A stretch of 61,497 nucleotides of DNA, filler included, from Choristocarpus tenellus KU-1152 (Eukaryota; Protista; Phaeophyceae), in NCBI GenBank assembly GCA_964200185.2. It is 12 parts of 12 records of this genome, joined end to end, with 100 filler letters (N's around TTAATTAATTAA, not from the genome) between each part and the next. Parts side by side here need not be neighbours in the genome. Positions count along the whole stretch, not along the records: positions 30,370 to 40,375 come from CAXNAD020003213.1; positions 40,476 to 43,115 come from CAXNAD020026040.1; positions 43,216 to 53,043 come from CAXNAD020003358.1; 9 more parts are not named here. One strand, written 5' to 3'. The position numbers and the translations under genes were made by a program. Of this stretch, positions 35,901 to 48,321 are shown piece after piece (within the stretch, counting starts at the first letter, position 1; each line of letters opens with the position of its first letter). Below the pieces are notes generated by a model that made no database searches, was not told the DNA's origin, and saw only the letters and a program-made list of their open reading frames with translations.

Positions 35901-38900
35901 TTTTCTATGATTGGGGCTAACCCCCTCCCTGATACAACCTGGCCCAAATACCAATTGGCTCAAAAAAATGGAAGCAGTAATTTGGAATTGAAACATGAAC
36001 ACACTGCATAAATCAAGAAGCACAAATCGCCCAACACAATGCCACCAGACTCCACGAGCCGAGCAAGCACGAGCACAACAAAAAAATAATATTTTTGGTT
36101 ATGAGTTTTGATTCATTTTGACATTGTTGATTTGTAGTGATTCAATCACTACAGCCATCAACACTACAGAAAGGCATGGCGGACCCAACCCATTTAAGTA
36201 ATGGTATCAATCAGTGAGGTTGTAGTATAATCAAGTCACCCAAACATACACTTCCTCAACTCTTCACACCGTAGTCCCAGTACAATAGAATGCCACACTA
36301 TAAATGCCATGGCAAACTCCAATGTTGTCCTTGGGACCCACTTCAGCGCAAGCATCCAGCATCACGTAACACCATCCTATCCCAAGCAATTTATGCTGCT
36401 CACACCCCATCCCCCATTAGTCTAACTAAGTGCATAACACCTGTCATCGTCAATAACTAAATCAAAATACAAAAGTATCCGTACCATCAGTCTAACTGCT
36501 CTTGACAGGACAAACAAAAAAAGATGTGTGAGAAAAGCCTGATCATATGTGGAACTCCTATAAGAGGATATACCCCGACCCTCAGCACACCCCTGACTCA
36601 CAAGCCTGTCTATTCATTGGGGGCATTGCACACTATTAGTGTGGTCGGTCACAGTCAAGGTGGATTCAATATATCTGAGCCCACAGGTACAGATTGCACA
36701 CTCAGAAGCAAATCCCTTCTTGGGTGAAGAAAGCATGACACTGTTTGCCAAAAAATATATCGTTTATACACCCTGCATAGATCAGTTGAAGTTGAGATCA
36801 ATGTCATACAAATCTTGACTGAGAATATCCTCATATAGCAGTGGGGATAGAGGATCCAAGCTGCATTTGTCCCCTTCCAGGACCTGGGAGTTGAGATATA
36901 GTGTAGGGTAGAGGGGGGAGGGGGGGGGGGGGGGTGAAGATTTGTTGATCAATTTGTGTCAAAATAGCAAAGAGAAAAAAACTAATTGTGTACCATCTGT
37001 TCTTAACCTGCGCTATTCAAATGTTGAAATAATATATAATGCAGCTTAATATATATATATATGTGTTAAGACAGAAAATACTTCTTCAAAATCATTATTG
37101 ATGTGGTAGGGGATGTTGCAGAGGGACGATTGCACCATCCTGGCTGAATGCTACATATCGCAAGCAATGCCAATGCTACAAATACTACTATTGTTCACGT
37201 GTGTGTCCTCCATCCCCTACATTCTACATTCATAATGTTGGCGTGAGTAAGGTGGAAAGCATGCCCAAGGTTACTTCTACAGTACAAAATGCATATTATG
37301 TAGGCTATGTATACTTAATCTAACCCTAAACCTATACTTGTACAGTACAAAATACATACGTATGTAGGTTATGACCACTTACCCCAACCCTAACCCTATC
37401 CCTATACCTGTACACTACAAAATGCATATCTAGGTTATGTACACTAACCCTAACCCTATGTATATAGAGGTATCACAGACAACACCTAACAAGCTGATAA
37501 AAAAAATCCAACGGTGGGGTGAAGTGTCAATCTTGTCAATGCCCACCAACATGTCACACATACCAAAAACAATCAAAATGCACCATCTGCTACATATGCT
37601 ACATACACGCGTACATATGTATGTATACCACAGGCATCCACTTCATGTGTGTATGTATGTATGTATGTATGTTTATCAAAGGCATCCCACACACCTGCAA
37701 ATCATCAAAGTAACTGTCACCATCACCCTCTCCCAATCGACTCACAGTCAGTGCTGCTAATTACAATCCCCCATGGAGATTGGGTGCCATGCGATGTATG
37801 GCATTGGTTCAACGAGAGAAGTAACATTATGGCAGTATCAGGGAACAAAACACAGAGTTAGCACATGGGTGAGATGGCAATGTTAACTGATATGAGAGTA
37901 CACATTACTACTTTTTAGTTGCCATCTATCATTTCCACACTTTCATACAACACTCCAACCTATAACTTAGGGTTAGGGTCAGGCACGTCACACATGAAGA
38001 AGGTAAGAAAGATCCAGGTAAAAAAAAAAAACTTACGGTCAGGGAAAATTGAGATAAAAAACAAAAAAGAAAAGACTAAAATGTGCAACCGTCCTTAGAA
38101 GATAATAAATCAGTGTGGTTAATGATTCCCTGGTACTATATATTTACAGAATAGAAGCACAAAAAATAAAATAAAAACTTCCTGACCTCCAGATAGTAGC
38201 AGCAGCAAGGAACCCAATTCCTCAAAGCCAAGCAAGTCCAGGACAAAGCCTTACCCTTATTCCTTCAGACCTATGGCTAACCCTAACCCTAATCCTAATT
38301 CCTTCAGACCTATGGCTAACCTATTACTGTGTAGTCGCCCCCCAGGTTCGACTGCCCCATCTTATGAGGCAAAAAACTACCTCGATAAATAAAAAAACAA
38401 GACAAGGTAGAGCTTCCCCAGCATCGCCTTGAAAATGGGGTACAATCTGAGATAAAGCAGCACCAACGAATCCAAGGACTTCCCTTTCCCTTTCCCTTTC
38501 CCTTTCCCTGCCCCCCTCCCTCCCCAAGAGATAATCTCTCAATGTACACAAACCTTTCTCCCGACAAGGGTCGACCTATTGGGGTCCAAATCTTTCTCAA
38601 TTAAACTTTCCAAAAATAGTAGCGCAATCGGTGTGGCTACTGGGCCTCAAGATTAAAAATTGGACTGTCCAACAAGTTCAAACTACCTGCTAACAAAAAA
38701 GAAGGAACCCAGCTATTTACCTACCCTAAACCCCAACCATGAACTCTTTTGCACAGGACTGGGTAACTCTTGACTAGAGCTGGACCACAACCCAGCCCTA
38801 AAAAAAAAACACAATAAGGAGGGACCAGGGCAGTCCCGATTTTTATTGGACAAGACCAAGAGTCAACTTGGTAAGGAAAAAAAAAAGGGTTAGGGTTAGG

Positions 38901-39128
38901 GTTAGGGGCCATTCACGGCATCTGGCTGCAGGCTGACTCAGGAAGAATCTTTTTGAAATATAGACAGGCCTCAAATTTAAACTGGTCCATATCTCAGTTC
39001 AACCAAGTCTGGTTCTCACTCTCAGGTTGGTTGGGTCGGGCAGGGTAGTTCGAGGTCAAACTTTAAATAATCTGTTCATTTCAAACTTCAAGGCAGATAC
39101 TTCAGACACTTTGGTGACAACTCTTTCG

Positions 39129-39975
39129 ATACTAACATACATAAACATAGTAAAATACTAATATACTAACATACATAAACATACCAATATACTAACATAC
39201 TAACATAGTAAAATACTAATATACTAGCATACATAAACATACCTATATACTAACATAGTAAAATACTAATATACTAACATACATAAACATACCTATATAC
39301 TAACATAGTAAAATACTAATATACTAACATACATAAACATACCAATATACTAACATAGTAAAATACTAATATACTAACATACATAAACATACCTATATAC
39401 TAACATAGTAAAATACTAATATACTAACATACATAAACATACCAATATACTAACATATTAACATAGTAAAATACTAATATACTAACATACATAAACATAC
39501 CAATATACTAACATACTAACATAGTAAAATACTAATATACTAACATACATAAACATACCAATATACTAACATACTAACATAGTAAAATACCAATATACTA
39601 ACATACATAAACATACCAATATACTAACATGATACTAACATAGTAAAATACCAATATACTAACATACATAAACATACCAATATACTAACATGATACTAAC
39701 ATACTAACATAGTAAAATACTAATATACTAACATACATAAACATACCAATATACCAACATGATACTAACATAGTAAAATACTAATATACTAACATACATA
39801 AACATACCAATATACTAACATGATACTAACATAGTAAAATACTAATATACTAACATACATAAACATACCAATATACCAACATGATACCAACATACTAACA
39901 TAGTAAAATACTAATATACTAACATACATAAACATACCAATATACCAACATGATATTAACATACTAACATAGTAA
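39129..39975. repeat. AT-rich minisatellite, basic period 50 bp with longer variants, built from ~8-bp ATACTAAC-like subunits
   Basis: ACCTATATAC recurs at 39241 and 39291; later units gain ACTAACAT or GAT inserts. Confidence 0.95.
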
Positions 39976-40282
39976 CATATTTGCAGCTTCATATACAAAA
40001 AGAAAACGCACACTGTATGAGTTATCCCTAACCCTAACCCTATGAGGTATTTTAAAATGACAGTGGTAAATAATTGTGGAAAATCTCTTACCCACAGAGC
40101 CAACCCGATGTCTAAAACGCTGTTGACTGGGCTGACCCGTGTAGCGTATGACTTACTGAGTTCAGGCCAGGGCAAAGAAACTTAACAAAGCTCATTAGGG
40201 CTGGGCTACTGTCTGGCCTGGGTGGGGTATCTATTAAGAGGGATAGACTAGTGCCTTCAGGAATGTCAAATAGTTGGTCAAG

Positions 40283-40317
<35 letters not shown>

Positions 40318-40528
40318 ACCCCGCGAGCCGCGGGGAGGCCGCGGGACGAAGCGCCACCCCCCACACCCCAACGCCNNNNNNNNNNNNNNNNNNNNNNNNN
40401 NNNNNNNNNNNNNNNNNNNTTAATTAATTAANNNNNNNNNNNNNNNNNNNNNNNNNNNNNNNNNNNNNNNNNNNNACCTCAACAAAGCACTATACTCCTC
40501 ATATTTGCAGGCCAAGAACCATGACCCC

Positions 40529-40542
40529 AGATATTTTGACCC
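40529..40542 (+). mobile_element. Isolated TIR (AGATATTTTGACCC, preceded by CCCC) of the family A/B type, with different internal sequence at 40476-40524
   Basis: 13/14 match to AGATACTTTGACCC; lies where the transposase frame stops being recognisable. Confidence 0.55.
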
Positions 40543-43115
40543 TCCTCAAATATTTTGAGGAGTGAAGAACACCTCCGTGAACTGGCCTTCAACGTGTGTG
40601 GCCATGATCTTCTGGCGCTCGGAGTAGCCCCTGATAACAAGGACACGAACCAAAGAAACGTGTAAAGAAAGGTGTTACGGTGCGTCATCATCATGATGAA
40701 CGGAACAGGTAGTGGAATTATGTGCGTCTGTTTTGGCGGTTATTTCTTGGGACTTTGCACTCACTCGTTGAATAAAACATGGTGGTCTATTCTGTTCTGC
40801 GTGCGGCTGGAAACTTGTTGACAAATGGACTATGCGTGCGTGTGATTACCTGTCACCGCCATGGGTAGGTGGGAAAAGTGCTGGGAGGGCGTGGGATGTC
40901 TGGTTCGCCGCGTCTACAGACATGAACACGAAGCCGAGAGGTTTGCCGTCGGCTTTGGCCCGCATGGCGCTGCTGGTGTTGTTGGCGATCACCAGCCGAT
41001 CTGCTTGGATAATCTGGCGAATGGGGGAGAGCAGCATCACGTCTATAAATCAAATATATCTGTTAGGAGGTGTAAAACAATGTCCACTTGTTAACACGTA
41101 CCAGGTACGTGACAAAAATCGAGTGTAGGTAAAAATAAATGTTTGTCTTTGCTCCTATTTTTTACTGCTACATTCAAGGCAAAGACAGTATTATCAGCAT
41201 GGGAGTAAGTACTTACGTACGGGGCCGGAAGACCGCAATATGACATGTCCCTCCCACAGTCCGTTGTAGACGACCAGGAAGCAATCCATCACACAAGGTG
41301 TTTGGACAACTAATAACAACAATTTTGCACTGAGTGAGGCTGCTGCTGCTGCCATAAGCACCTGCATCGTAGTCTTCATTCGCAAAAGGCAACAGATGTT
41401 ATTCCCAATGGAGGGCAATGACGGCGACATGTTGTTACTGTACGATTGTCGCAAAATTAACGCTGGACACCTACCTTTCGATGGTCTGACAGCTCCTTGT
41501 CGATGGACTTGAGGACAGTGGAGTCGTTCGTGGGTTTTACACCAGGCGCACCGTGCTACTTCTCTTTTAACATGACACATATATCACATTTCATAAATTC
41601 GCCTCCAACCCTCACCCTGATATTGGGCCTGTCCTCTCTGAGCAATCGGAGGAAGTGCGCCTTGCTTACCCGCTTGGAAGTGTCGTCAGGATACACCCGT
41701 ATTGCCTCTTTGCAATAATCCTTGTATAGCTCCTAATTAATAATGTTGTTTGGGTGGACAAGTGAGGAATTATTGAGAAGGAACACTAGAAGAACACCGC
41801 TGCATGGTCTCTCGAAGGCGGGCTGGCCAATAACTTGACTGACAACACGGAAGATAGGATCAAGCAAGCTTACATTGTGCATAATGAAAGAGAAAATAGA
41901 ATGATCTTTGTAAGTCTGCCACGAGCGCCATTCTCTTCGGGTCTCGCTGCCGCTGCAGAAACGTAAAGGAGGTGAGTCTACCATCAGCATCATCATCATC
42001 ATCATCGCGAAGTCCTTGAGACATATGAAGTACACGTTTTTACTACCAAGGTCAGACCGGGCCCGGGGCCGCAGAGTAGGTGTACTCAGCGGTGAAATAA
42101 CAGTTACTGTGCCTACCTCCGTAAAAGCGACGAAGACTATCATCATCATCATTGTGGTCTCGACGTTTCAAAGGAAAAAAATAGTACTTCATATGAAGCT
42201 TCACATTTTGAACTAACCATAATCTCAGACCGGTCAAAGTAATAACCACCTACCACTTGAAATACTCCTTTGATCCACTTCTTCTACGTACTACTGGGTC
42301 ACACGGGGTACAATTAACTCCAACGCAGGGTGTGGCCAACCTCTCCACAACCAAGGGCAAAACCTACCTCTTTGTTTGCGGCGTAGATCACAATTGCGGG
42401 CTTGTGAGGCATGAACTGTCCGTACGTAACCGCCAGTAGTCTATCCAGGACATCACCAGGTCTCGCTTCGGACCCATGTCCTTATCTTTGTTCGTGCCGT
42501 TCCTGTTGTAGTAGCGCACGTATGTATATATGGATGGGAGTTGTGTTGGAGGTGGATATAAGGGACAAGGGACGGAATCGTAGAGGAATCGTATGCCAGC
42601 AGTGGATATCTAATTCTGTAGGTATTTGTGCGTGGTAACTGAAGCAGCAGCGCAAGGACGGCTGGATGAGATTATATTGTTGAAGCATAAAATAAACATA
42701 TCACACATGTACATACACATATATGTAACACATAACTCCACACTGGAGGTATCTCTAACTTTGTACATCAGATATCTAGGCGTGGTAACTGCAAACTGAC
42801 AGTAGCAAGTACGGTCGGATTACACTGTTCTGAGATAGGACTACTGTTCAATCATCAAGCAGGCGAAAATATATACCAGTTGCAAATAACACTGTGTACA
42901 TACATCAAACCCACCTCTCCATGCCGGAGAATGCTCTTGCGTTAGGTGTACCTTTGCAAGCGTCGATGACATGATTGGATATTCCGAACAATGCCTTAAA
43001 AAGCTGTGTACAAACGGGAATGCTGGCCACGAGCATAGATCCGCCTCCAGGCCCCAACTTAATGACAGGTATACGGTCACCAACGAAGTGCTTGCGATCG
43101 CAGTGGTTCTTACAC
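40543..43115 (-). pseudogene. Spliced Sola1/DUF7869-like DDD transposase pseudogene; exons 43115-42915, 42502-42368, 41732-41475, 41013-40850 and 40630-40543
   Basis: Four GT-AG introns (phases 2,0,0,2) give VCTQLFKALFGISNHVID..., SWID/LLAVTYGQFMPHKPAIVIYAANKE|ELYKDY...VSKAHFLRLLREDRPNIRVRVGGEFMKCDIC...DHRK|IIQADR...FMSVDAANQTSHALP...|GYSERQKIMATHVEGQFTEVF. Lesions: one frameshift in exon 2, TAG at 41558-41556 and TGA at 40548-40546. Confidence 0.75.
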
Positions 43116-43215
43116 NNNNNNNNNNNNNNNNNNNNNNNNNNNNNNNNNNNNNNNNNNNNTTAATTAATTAANNNNNNNNNNNNNNNNNNNNNNNNNNNNN
43201 NNNNNNNNNNNNNNN

Positions 43216-43383
43216 GGGAGGGGGGGGGGGGTCTACACCAGGGTGTCCATTTGGACCAAAATCAGGTAAAGTACATTTACATTATCCATCCAACATATGC
43301 AACCAAACCACACTAAAATCGCGACATTAAAAAATTGTCCCCAAATAGACAACCGCCACCCCCCCCCCCAGATAGTTTGAACC
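43216..43383 (+). mobile_element. MITE family B copy, left TIR lost at contig start
   Basis: (G)n-TCTACACCAGGGTGTCCATTTGGACC...CCCCAAATAGACAACCGCCA-(C)n-AGATAGTTTGAACC. Confidence 0.9.
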
Positions 43384-43559
43384 ATTTATATTTTTTAAAG
43401 AATAAAATCTTATTTATGATAAAAAGTACAGGCAAATCATTTGTAATACAGAGAGGAGAGTTTTAATTTCTTCGTCAAATACAGGTCACACTAGTGCATT
43501 ACCCATAGTTTTTTTTCCCCAAGAAAAATATTACTGTTTTCTCTGATATATGTTGCTTC

Positions 43560-45300
43560 TTAATTCCAACTCCTGTTATCCTACATTCTATATAGTGACT
43601 ATGACCATCGACACCCTGGTCCCTTGTTCTGAAATGCACCAACCAATCCTCACCTTGCCTTTCTGGCATACATTCATTACCTGCTGGGAGGCTCCAGGGA
43701 GAAGTTATTCATTTCTCTCCTGTTGAGCTCCTCCAATCCCCATCCTTAAAATGTACCCTCCAGTATGATGACTTGAAGTTGAAGGCTGTACCTGTGTACC
43801 ATCTGTCATTTCTTCCGTCTTTCCATTACTTCTTGACACCGGTACCCATGGGAAGAGACACAACACATAATCTTGGGGCAAGGGGCTTGCTTGGGACGAT
43901 CTATTTGTTGGGCATAATCTTGTGTTGGGATTGTAAGATCCCAGAGAGCATGAACAACATCCAACTGTAGTGGGGTAAGGCTGTCCATTGCTTTCGCTTC
44001 TGTTATCCAGACTGACAACTGTCCGTTTTGGAGCTTCCCTTTTTACTCACAATGCCACACATTGGATGGGGACAGCACTGCCTTTCTGTCTATTAGCGTA
44101 TACATTGGTGTGGCTGTCATGAATTCTGCTGCTAGACCTAGGTCTGATTCCCACACATTTTGGGCATTTCATCCTGGAAGTTGTGTCTCAAGTGAATGGG
44201 TCGTACACGTAATGGTTTCACATGCGAGGCATGAACATTACGTGAGCATGTTTGCCTACCTAGCAATTCTACCGTCATGCTGCTGTTGTGTGAAATTTAT
44301 TTTCCTGCCCATGGTGCATTATGCCCAATACGCTGGAGACTCATACTCATCCCATCCAGCCACGATACGCATAGTTCTGACAGCACTTCTAGAAGTAATC
44401 TATCGTATTTTCTCCTCCTCCTTGCCCCTTAGAGTTAGTTACTGGTGGGTCCATAGCTGATAGGGACCTGCAGTCAACTGCAAAGATGTTGTACTGCACC
44501 TCCTGTGAGCTCCCCTCCTTGCGTTACTAAAGATCGACAAAGCCATTCCAAATGTGAGACACAGCTCCAACAAGTGCTTCACTACCCCAGGTGCTTCTTT
44601 GACACCTTTGGGAATGCAAAGGGAGATCTTGATGCCCTGTTAATCACGATCAATAGATACTTGTCATATTTTTCCGAGTGTGTCCTATGTCCTGCAGATC
44701 CATCTCCAGCACTTCAAATGGCTCCAGGGACTTAGCTGGGAGCATTACTACCTGTGTGCTCCTTATTCTTTTGCACCTGCGGCAGCAACATGATGAAGCA
44801 CAATTATCCATGTCCTTGTGAAGTGAGGAACAGAAAAAGTATATTTGAGTTAGAGCTATCACGCAACCAACTCCCTGGTGGCTACTCTGCAGGTGTACTA
44901 GTGCTGTGTTACCTGACACTGGCGAATGAGAAATTGCTAGCCTAGGTGAATATTCTCCCTGAGTATACCTCAGCAATTCTTTGTCATCTACGGATTATCA
45001 ATCCACATTTATACTCCTTGTTACAGATCTTAGTGTGGTATTCCAATGTTCTTGGCCCTTGAGGGCCCCTTTTATATCGGCCAGGAAGAGGTCCTTCTTC
45101 TGTCTCTCCACTAGCTCTGGCACATTTGAGAGAGTAGCCAATGCTCTCTTCAAGGTAGGGTGGTCCCGAATAATTTCCCTTGGTCAATCTGCTCTGTCTT
45201 TCCTGCCTCGACTTTTGGTGACAGAATACCTTTTCGTCTCTTCTTGTGCGGCAGTGCCTCTTCTTTTGCTGCCCCCCTGTCCATGACCTTTCCTTGAGGG
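43560..45300 (-). mobile_element. Ty3/Gypsy integrase region, degenerate
   Basis: Zn-binding part ALVH...HQGV...KDMDNCASSC.CRRCKR, then MLPAKSLEPFEVLEMDLQDI and GELTGGAVQHLC...VPISYGP; many stops and frameshifts. Outer boundaries are approximate. Confidence 0.8.
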
Positions 45301-45559
45301 ACAGCAGGGTCTAAATGTAGCCATCCAACAGTGCTTGATGTATTGGATGAAGGATGAGACTGCTTTTAGACAAGGGTTGGGTCTATATTAGGTATTGCAT
45401 CTGGGGTCATCGAACTTGAGAGAGGGGATGTGAGCGTTGATAGGTTTCGATCTTAGGGCACACTGGGTGGCAACCAATCTTTGACACCTGAATTGGGAGT
45501 ATTGGTTTCCTTGTGACAACTGCACAGTGCTGACAATAATTCTGGAAATGTAGTACTGA

Positions 45560-45818
45560 CTGTTTTAACAGTATCCCCCGGCTCATGCATGGACAGGAGA
45601 GATGCATATAGGAATATTGCCAAATGTTGTAGAGGGGTAATTATCTTAAGAAGAGGGGGCGACCATACAATCATATAGCACCATGGTTAAAAGAATAAAT
45701 TCCCATCCATCCATTTGCATACAAGAACAAGTATGCCTTCACCAGCAAGTAGCTCTTGTATACTGAGTCTACATGTATGCAAGTTATCTCCGATACAGTC
45801 GGGAGAGTCTATTCGAAC
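45560..45818 (-). repeat. LTR-like dispersed repeat, second copy at ~51766-52023
   Basis: Shared blocks GGAATATTGCCAAATGTTGTAGAGG, AGAGGGGGCGACCAT, CTCTTGTATACTGA and GAGTCTATTCGAACA. On the minus strand both begin TGTTCGAATAGACTC; this copy is preceded by a purine-rich tract. Confidence 0.75.
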
Positions 45819-47684
45819 ACCCACCTAGCTCAAACAACTGTGAGCAGTCACTAGACATGACTAGTTACCGAACTCGCTTAAGAAGAAATTCCAAATAAAA
45901 GGGAAAATGCTGAACTCCCAAAATAGTACTCAAAACAGACATGAAGATATTCCAATCCAACATGATAAGAGTACCACATATAGCTAGTCCTGATAGTTCA
46001 GCAAAAATCGTAATGCAACTATGACTTTCCAAGTCAGATAAGGCATACGCTATGAAATTAGTCCCTGATCATACAGTTCACTCCTTGTAATTGCTTCCAG
46101 CTCATACTAATGCAGGAACAACACACCATGAAATAAAACAGCTTACAAACGACCAAACAGTAGGAATGCCAAGCAGAAATAAGTCCATCGTGACTACCTA
46201 TTCATATAAGTAGAACCAACAACAACCTTGATCTGCAAACACACAACAAACTGTGGGTGAGTACCATATCTCATGGGACATAGCACCAGTGCATACGGGC
46301 GCCATAGTGGCCCATACTGAGCAAATATTTTGCACACAACAAGGAGTATTGTGCAGAGGCACACAATCAAGTTGCAGTCATAACCAGAAGTCGGCTGTTA
46401 CATAAATACCATCTTTGCAATCCAGAGAACTCTGGCATGCAGCTGTGCATTGTGTAATCAATAGCAACACACATGAAAATTCAGACATGATCCCATTTAA
46501 AACACCTGAAATGGATTCAAAGCAAATTCATTGTCACTCTCCTATGCTACAAAAACACTCAAGAACGCACACGAGAATGTTAAACCATACCACACAATCA
46601 GCAACCTGCAAGTAGTTATCTTGAAAATAACAAATACTTCAAGGTTGTAGCAAGTCCTTCCACAGCAAATACCTCTCAGAACTTATCAATATTGGATGCA
46701 CAAACTACTATGACCTATCACAACCACATGTGGGGATGAAGTCAACTATTATTCAATTGCACAACGAATTAGTCACAAAAGTGTTCAGAGTACTTGCATG
46801 ACACACTCCGCTGCTATTATCAAATAGTGGGATGAACATCGTTCCTAGCAAAATAATAATGCCATGAACTCATATAGGAGACTCCCCTCTCGCAACATAG
46901 CGTGTGTGATGGGATATCATTCTTACCAAGCCATGATGAAGGCAGGTAAAACCAAGATCGGATTCTCTTGAGCGACGTGACTCCCCTTTACAAGCTTGCC
47001 GGGCAAAACACTTACAAGCAAATCTTAACATTTTTTTGCTACTATTTACATATTAAGACCAACTGGAATGATCTTTCATAATAAATGCACTGCTATACTT
47101 TGGGAATGAACTCGCAAATACAGATCCCTTTGTCTGCAACCAATCAACCATCAACAGTTTATATATGCAGTCTTTAACAAAAATTAAATAATGAAATTCA
47201 TACTTGTCAATTCAATTGTAATCTGTCAACATAAAGAACAAGGGCACTCAGTCGTATAGAAGGTGATTCAAAACACGTATCTTCTGGCAAACAACGTTTC
47301 CCATTTCGTGACACATGACATTCAGTATGACTCAGCACAATCAGGCAAAGAAAAGGGCATTAGAAATATGTCTGTGCAAGAGAAATATCTGTATGGCATA
47401 ACACACAATATGGTGTAACAGAGATTCATCGAGTTTCTCCTAGCAGAAAAAACCATTAGTAAATGCTGTCAAGCACAGACGCTAAATCAAAGCATCCACC
47501 AAGATCAATTTACAATGGTTGCTTGACATCAAGATTGAATATTCCTCCAGCATGGACAGGTTCTTCCAGCCCCAATATCTTGGGTATGATCCAACGCACC
47601 CCAAAGCTGATACTGGTCACCCCAAACCCCAATCAATGCAATGCCTCCTGAAGAGTCGCTGGGACACCATGACAGAAAATTGTG

Positions 47685-48321
47685 TGAGGTTCATAACCTG
47701 TTGGAAGAGTGAAAGTATCTTAGAGGGTACAAATTTTGCCCTGTTTGTCTACTTGGGACTTGGCTTCCCACAGATTTTTTACTACATTTTCCTATTCCAA
47801 AATGTTCTGGGATAGGTAAAATGTATAGATCTTGGAGTAGGTTTCATGTATACAACTACAAAAAGGTGGGTCCGGAACAAGGACATGGACACTTCCTAAC
47901 AAACACAATAGACAAAATTACATGAAAAGTGCAACATTGGATTTTGGTCCCCATATGGACACGGCTCTACTCTCTAAGATACTTTAACTTGGAGTCTGAG
48001 ATTGAATGAATCGTGCTTTATTGTGCAGTGACAGGTTAGGTTGGCTGTGGTGAAGAGGTGTCATAGTGCAGTGAAGCACCAGTGAGTTCATGCTTGTGAA
48101 CCTGGCGACATGATTTGCACAGTCAGAGGTTGTTTGATACAAAGATGTAGGGTATTCCTTGGTACATTCAAAGGAACAGGTCCATGCTCTGTGTAGAGGC
48201 TTTGTCACCTTGTGAAGAAATGTTTTGTGGATGTTTTTACTCTGAATATATGGTATCCAGTCATATATCAGGTATATTTAGTACAGAGTGAGCTCAGTGT
48301 CTAAGTGGGGCTAGTCCAACC
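47685..48321 (-). mobile_element. Copia-type 5' LTR plus PBS, interrupted by a MITE
   Basis: The minus strand reads ...TTCCAACA-GGTTATGAACCTCA (Copia-type GGTTATG PBS); inverted termini TGTTGGA (47699) and TCCAAC (48315-48320). Confidence 0.55.
47707..47990 (+). mobile_element. MITE family A copy
   Basis: GAGTGAAAGTATCTTAGAGGGTA...TACTCTCTAAGATACTTTAACTT, ~22-bp TIR; flanks GAA/GGA (one mismatch). Confidence 0.93.

Noticed and set aside
39129-39975. CRISPR array
   Set aside because: No unique spacers and no cas genes; eukaryotic minisatellite.
42231-42276. Miniature TIR element (GGTCAAAG...CTTTGATCC) in the transposase intron
   Set aside because: Only ~8 bp of match and no TSD; chance is plausible.
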